A DNA stretch of 64,000 bases from Zygnema circumcarinatum SAG 698-1b. Taxonomy: Eukaryota > Plantae > Zygnematophyceae. Under the pieces are notes generated by a model. The model had not been told where the DNA came from. It saw only the letters and a list, made by a program, of their open reading frames with translations, and searched no databases. A program made the translations under genes and the position numbers. The stretch lies in assembly GCA_037447605.1 (NCBI GenBank), contig CM074821.1, positions 372,001 through 436,000 on the forward strand, in the 5' to 3' direction. Of this stretch, positions 61,301 through 64,000 are shown one piece after another (within the stretch, counting starts at the first letter, position 1; every line of letters starts with the position of its first letter).

Positions 61301-64000
61301 GGTGGGGAAAGTGGTGGTGGCCTTACCGGTGGTTTTGGTGGTGGAGGGCTTGGTAGTGGTGATCCCAGAGGCTTTGGAGGAGGCGATGGTGGAGGCAATG
61401 GAGGAGGTGAAGGTGGGGAAAGTGGTGGTGGTTTTGCCGGTGGCTTTGGTGGTGGAGGGCTTGGTGGCGGTGGGCTAGGAGGGCTTGGAGGAGGTGATGG
61501 TGGAGGCAATGGAGGAGGTGAAGGTGGGGAAAGGGGTGGTGGCTTTACCGGTGGCTTTTGTGGTGATGATCTTGGAGGCCTTGGAGGAGGCGATGGTGGA
61601 GAGTTTGGAGGAGGTGAAGGTGGGGAAAGTGGCGGTGGTTTTATCGGTGGCTTTGGTGGTGGAGGGCTTGGTGGTGGTGATCTCGGAGGCCTTGGAGGAG
61701 GTGATGGTGGAGGGTTTGGAGGAGGAGAAGGTGGGGAAAGTGGTGGTGGTTTTGCCGGTGGCTTCGGTGGTGGAGGGCTTGGTGGCGGTGGGCTAGGTGG
61801 GCTTGCAGGAGGTGCAGGCGCTGCTTAACATTCCACAGCAATGACTGTTAGTTTTGTGTACTCAATAAGCCGTCATATGCACACGTGGGATTCTTTCATG
61901 CGATTCAACTCTACACTGAACATCGGATTCACCAATGAAACTTGATTCGAGACGAAAAGGTACGAAAGGAGTCAGTTGTCCCAACAGAGTTCGACAGTTT
62001 TAGTTGCCTGCTAACAATATACAGGGAGGGAGGGAGGGAGGGAGGGAGGGAGGGAGGGGAGGAGGGAGGGAGGCAGGGAGGGATTGCATCTGTTAGATCT
62101 AGGAATCAGTCCAGTCGAATGTTAAATCTAGGAAGTTCACGCTCGTCTCGCTGTTGCTTTGACGCTATGCGCCCTAGACTGGGTGAAAATTCGGACTCTG
62201 CACCATTAACTTGAATGCAGATTGGGAAGCCACGTGAAGACTCCACAACTTACTTGTTTGGGCCCTATTTCCACTTCATGCAACATTTTTATGCTAAATT
62301 CATGCCCCTACCTCAAGGGGGAAGGCAAAAACTAACAGATGTGATTCAAGGTGCCGGATCCAACCCGTTCCTTTACATGACTCTTGAACATTACGCAGCG
62401 CACATGGAGTTCGTAGAAAGGATTGCAACCAAAAACCAGGTGAAGCCTCACCAGGTGAACAAGTCCAGGGTTGATTTGATATGATGAACCCTTGGTCACA
62501 TACACATGTCGCAACACCACTCGAAGTATTGCAAGCACCATGACCACCGCATGCGCCGCCTAGCTGCTTTGCATTGCAAAAGTTTTGACATTCAACGTCA
62601 ATCCTTTGCCTTGATAACGAACATCCGACAATGCTTCCAAAAAAACAGTTCATTCGAACCAAAGGACAAAAAGTTTTATAATCGAGAGTGACGTCAACAG
62701 GGCTTGAGATGTAGTTTGCCGACATGTTGAGTGTGAGTGTGGAGTTGAAACCAAAATAGTCAGAATAGAATTTTAACGTCACTGATCCCGAGAGAAAGTT
62801 ATCATTCAGCATCCTGCAATCAGAAACGACATAAGCGATAAATAGTCTGTAATCCCAGCTGAAATGGGGAAACGGCACATAAAGCTGCCAGTAGAACACA
62901 ATTTAAAATTGAAAAAATAGAGACGGAAATAGACACGGAAAAAAAAATAGAACGTAGACGACGACTACTGATATTGATATTGCGTTTATTCAAATAAGTG
63001 AGTTCATACATGAAGATGCAGATGGCTTAGTAGCAGAAAACCATCGCACGTGACTTCACGATTAAACTATGAGTAGCCATTGTAGCCTTACAGACCACCA
63101 TTCATTATGTAGTTCTATCTCACAGACTGCACGGCTCGTATCCTGCCACTTGTCTCAGACTGCTTCACCACATACACTACAAAAGTATTGATACAATGCG
63201 TTGTTCAACTGAGAACCACAAAGAATTTGCTCACACACGCTTCAGTGACTACGCCAAATCAATGTAACTTGACTATGATAAGATGGATCAGAATTCATTG
63301 CCGGAAAATGAACTTAAGGCCATTAGCAATCAGTACCAATAAGTCGTTGAATTTTGTGAGAAGGAGACTTACACGTATGCGAGACGAGGCAGGTTGCCAA
63401 TGCAGGTAGGAATGCTGCCCGTGAGGTTGTTCTTCCCCAAGTCTCTGCCAGGAAGCCGATACAAAGAATCTTAACGAGCTAATTTTAAAATTCTTTTACA
63501 ACTAGAAAAGGGTAAAGACAAGGAAGAAGTAAGCCTAGAGCACAGAAAAAAGAAAGCTTTGCAAGTACACGTGGTAAGGGAACGTGACGTTGTATCAAAA
63601 TTATGGTTCGCAAAGGAGTCGTTTTCAGCTTTACTTTAGTTCAGAGACCAAAAGATGGTAAAGATGGGTTTCAAGCTCACAATCGGGAAAGGAGAGAAAG
63701 GCTGCAAATGGACTGTGGAATTGTTCCCGTCAACGCATTTCCTCGAAGCTCTCTGCAAATCGATTTATGGCACACGGTATCTGGTCATTCAGACGGCCGT
63801 CTCTACATTTGGTTCATTTAACGTTACATTAATCGGAACAAATCATTCCGACTCGGATTTCATATGTTTGAAACGAAGGAAATTATTACAGGCGATCAGC
63901 CGCCTTCATAGGTCATGATTCCAAAACACGGGAAAAACGAAAGTATTGTGAGGGCAGGAAAGACTAAAAGTTGATGAAGACTTACAGAGCCAAAAGGTTG
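52301..64000 (-). CDS. Large mosaic extracellular protein, 5'-partial: LRR-EGF-extensin-LRRNT-LRR-EGF-papain(C1A)-EGF-EGF-LysM x~4
   Basis: One phase-consistent GT-AG chain: 63752-63681, 63444-63373, 62813-62452, 61820-60978, 60764-60739 (inferred micro-exon), 60440-60328, 59776-59705, 59553-59482, 59335-59264, 58873-58802, 58662-58591, 58157-57787, 57232-57044, 56945-56722, 56474-56337, 55960-55741, 55439-55257, 54763-54620, 54179-54061, 53877-53788, 53632-53525, 53170-52973 and 52522-52301. Motifs: L..N.L.G.IP..IGNL, KDQDSCSSCW, VDH, RNSWG, EGF cysteine patterns, and Y.V..(G)DSC..I..F...NP.L.C. Confidence 0.85.

Noticed and set aside
61239-61796. Plus-strand Val/Glu-rich ORFs
   Set aside because: They are antisense shadows of the Pro-rich extensin exon.
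671-64000. A stress/defence gene cluster (PYL-like, SARD4-like, S41, HY5, LysM-protease)
   Set aside because: These genes are interspersed with housekeeping genes (CRT, THF1, OASTL) and show no shared pathway or visible co-regulation. Chance neighbourhood is the simpler explanation without synteny or co-expression data.

Overview
Eukaryotic, intron-rich plant-lineage DNA. The gene content and the dense (CT/GA)n and (CCCCT)n tracts suggest a non-flowering streptophyte, plausibly a zygnematophyte/desmid-like alga; this is an inference. The assembly has several 10-N gaps. Most long ORFs in the track are low-complexity artefacts, so I rebuilt genes by hand from GT-AG splice phases. Family assignments come from motif recognition from memory; no database search was run. 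Genes from left to right: (1) a 3-exon PYR/PYL/RCAR-like START protein whose ABA-binding residues, gate and latch are all replaced; (2) a nested DNA-transposon/MITE field; (3) cysteine synthase; (4) a plant DUF7796-like membrane protein with an extra methyltransferase-like C-terminal domain, whose 5' part is duplicated across gaps; (5) calreticulin; (6) a SARD4/ornithine-cyclodeaminase-like gene; (7) an internally deleted MULE/FAR1 ORF; (8) a SIVA-like zinc-finger protein; (9) a fungal-type S41 peptidase; (10) THF1/Psb29; (11) an HY5-like bZIP; (12) a weak unknown gene; (13) a >1350-aa mosaic gene that runs off the right end. Gene 13 reads LRR-EGF-extensin rod-LRRNT-LRR-EGF-papain (intact catalytic residues, no I29 prodomain)-EGF-EGF-about 4 LysM. 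The two strongest candidates for new biology are gene 13 and the PYL-like gene.
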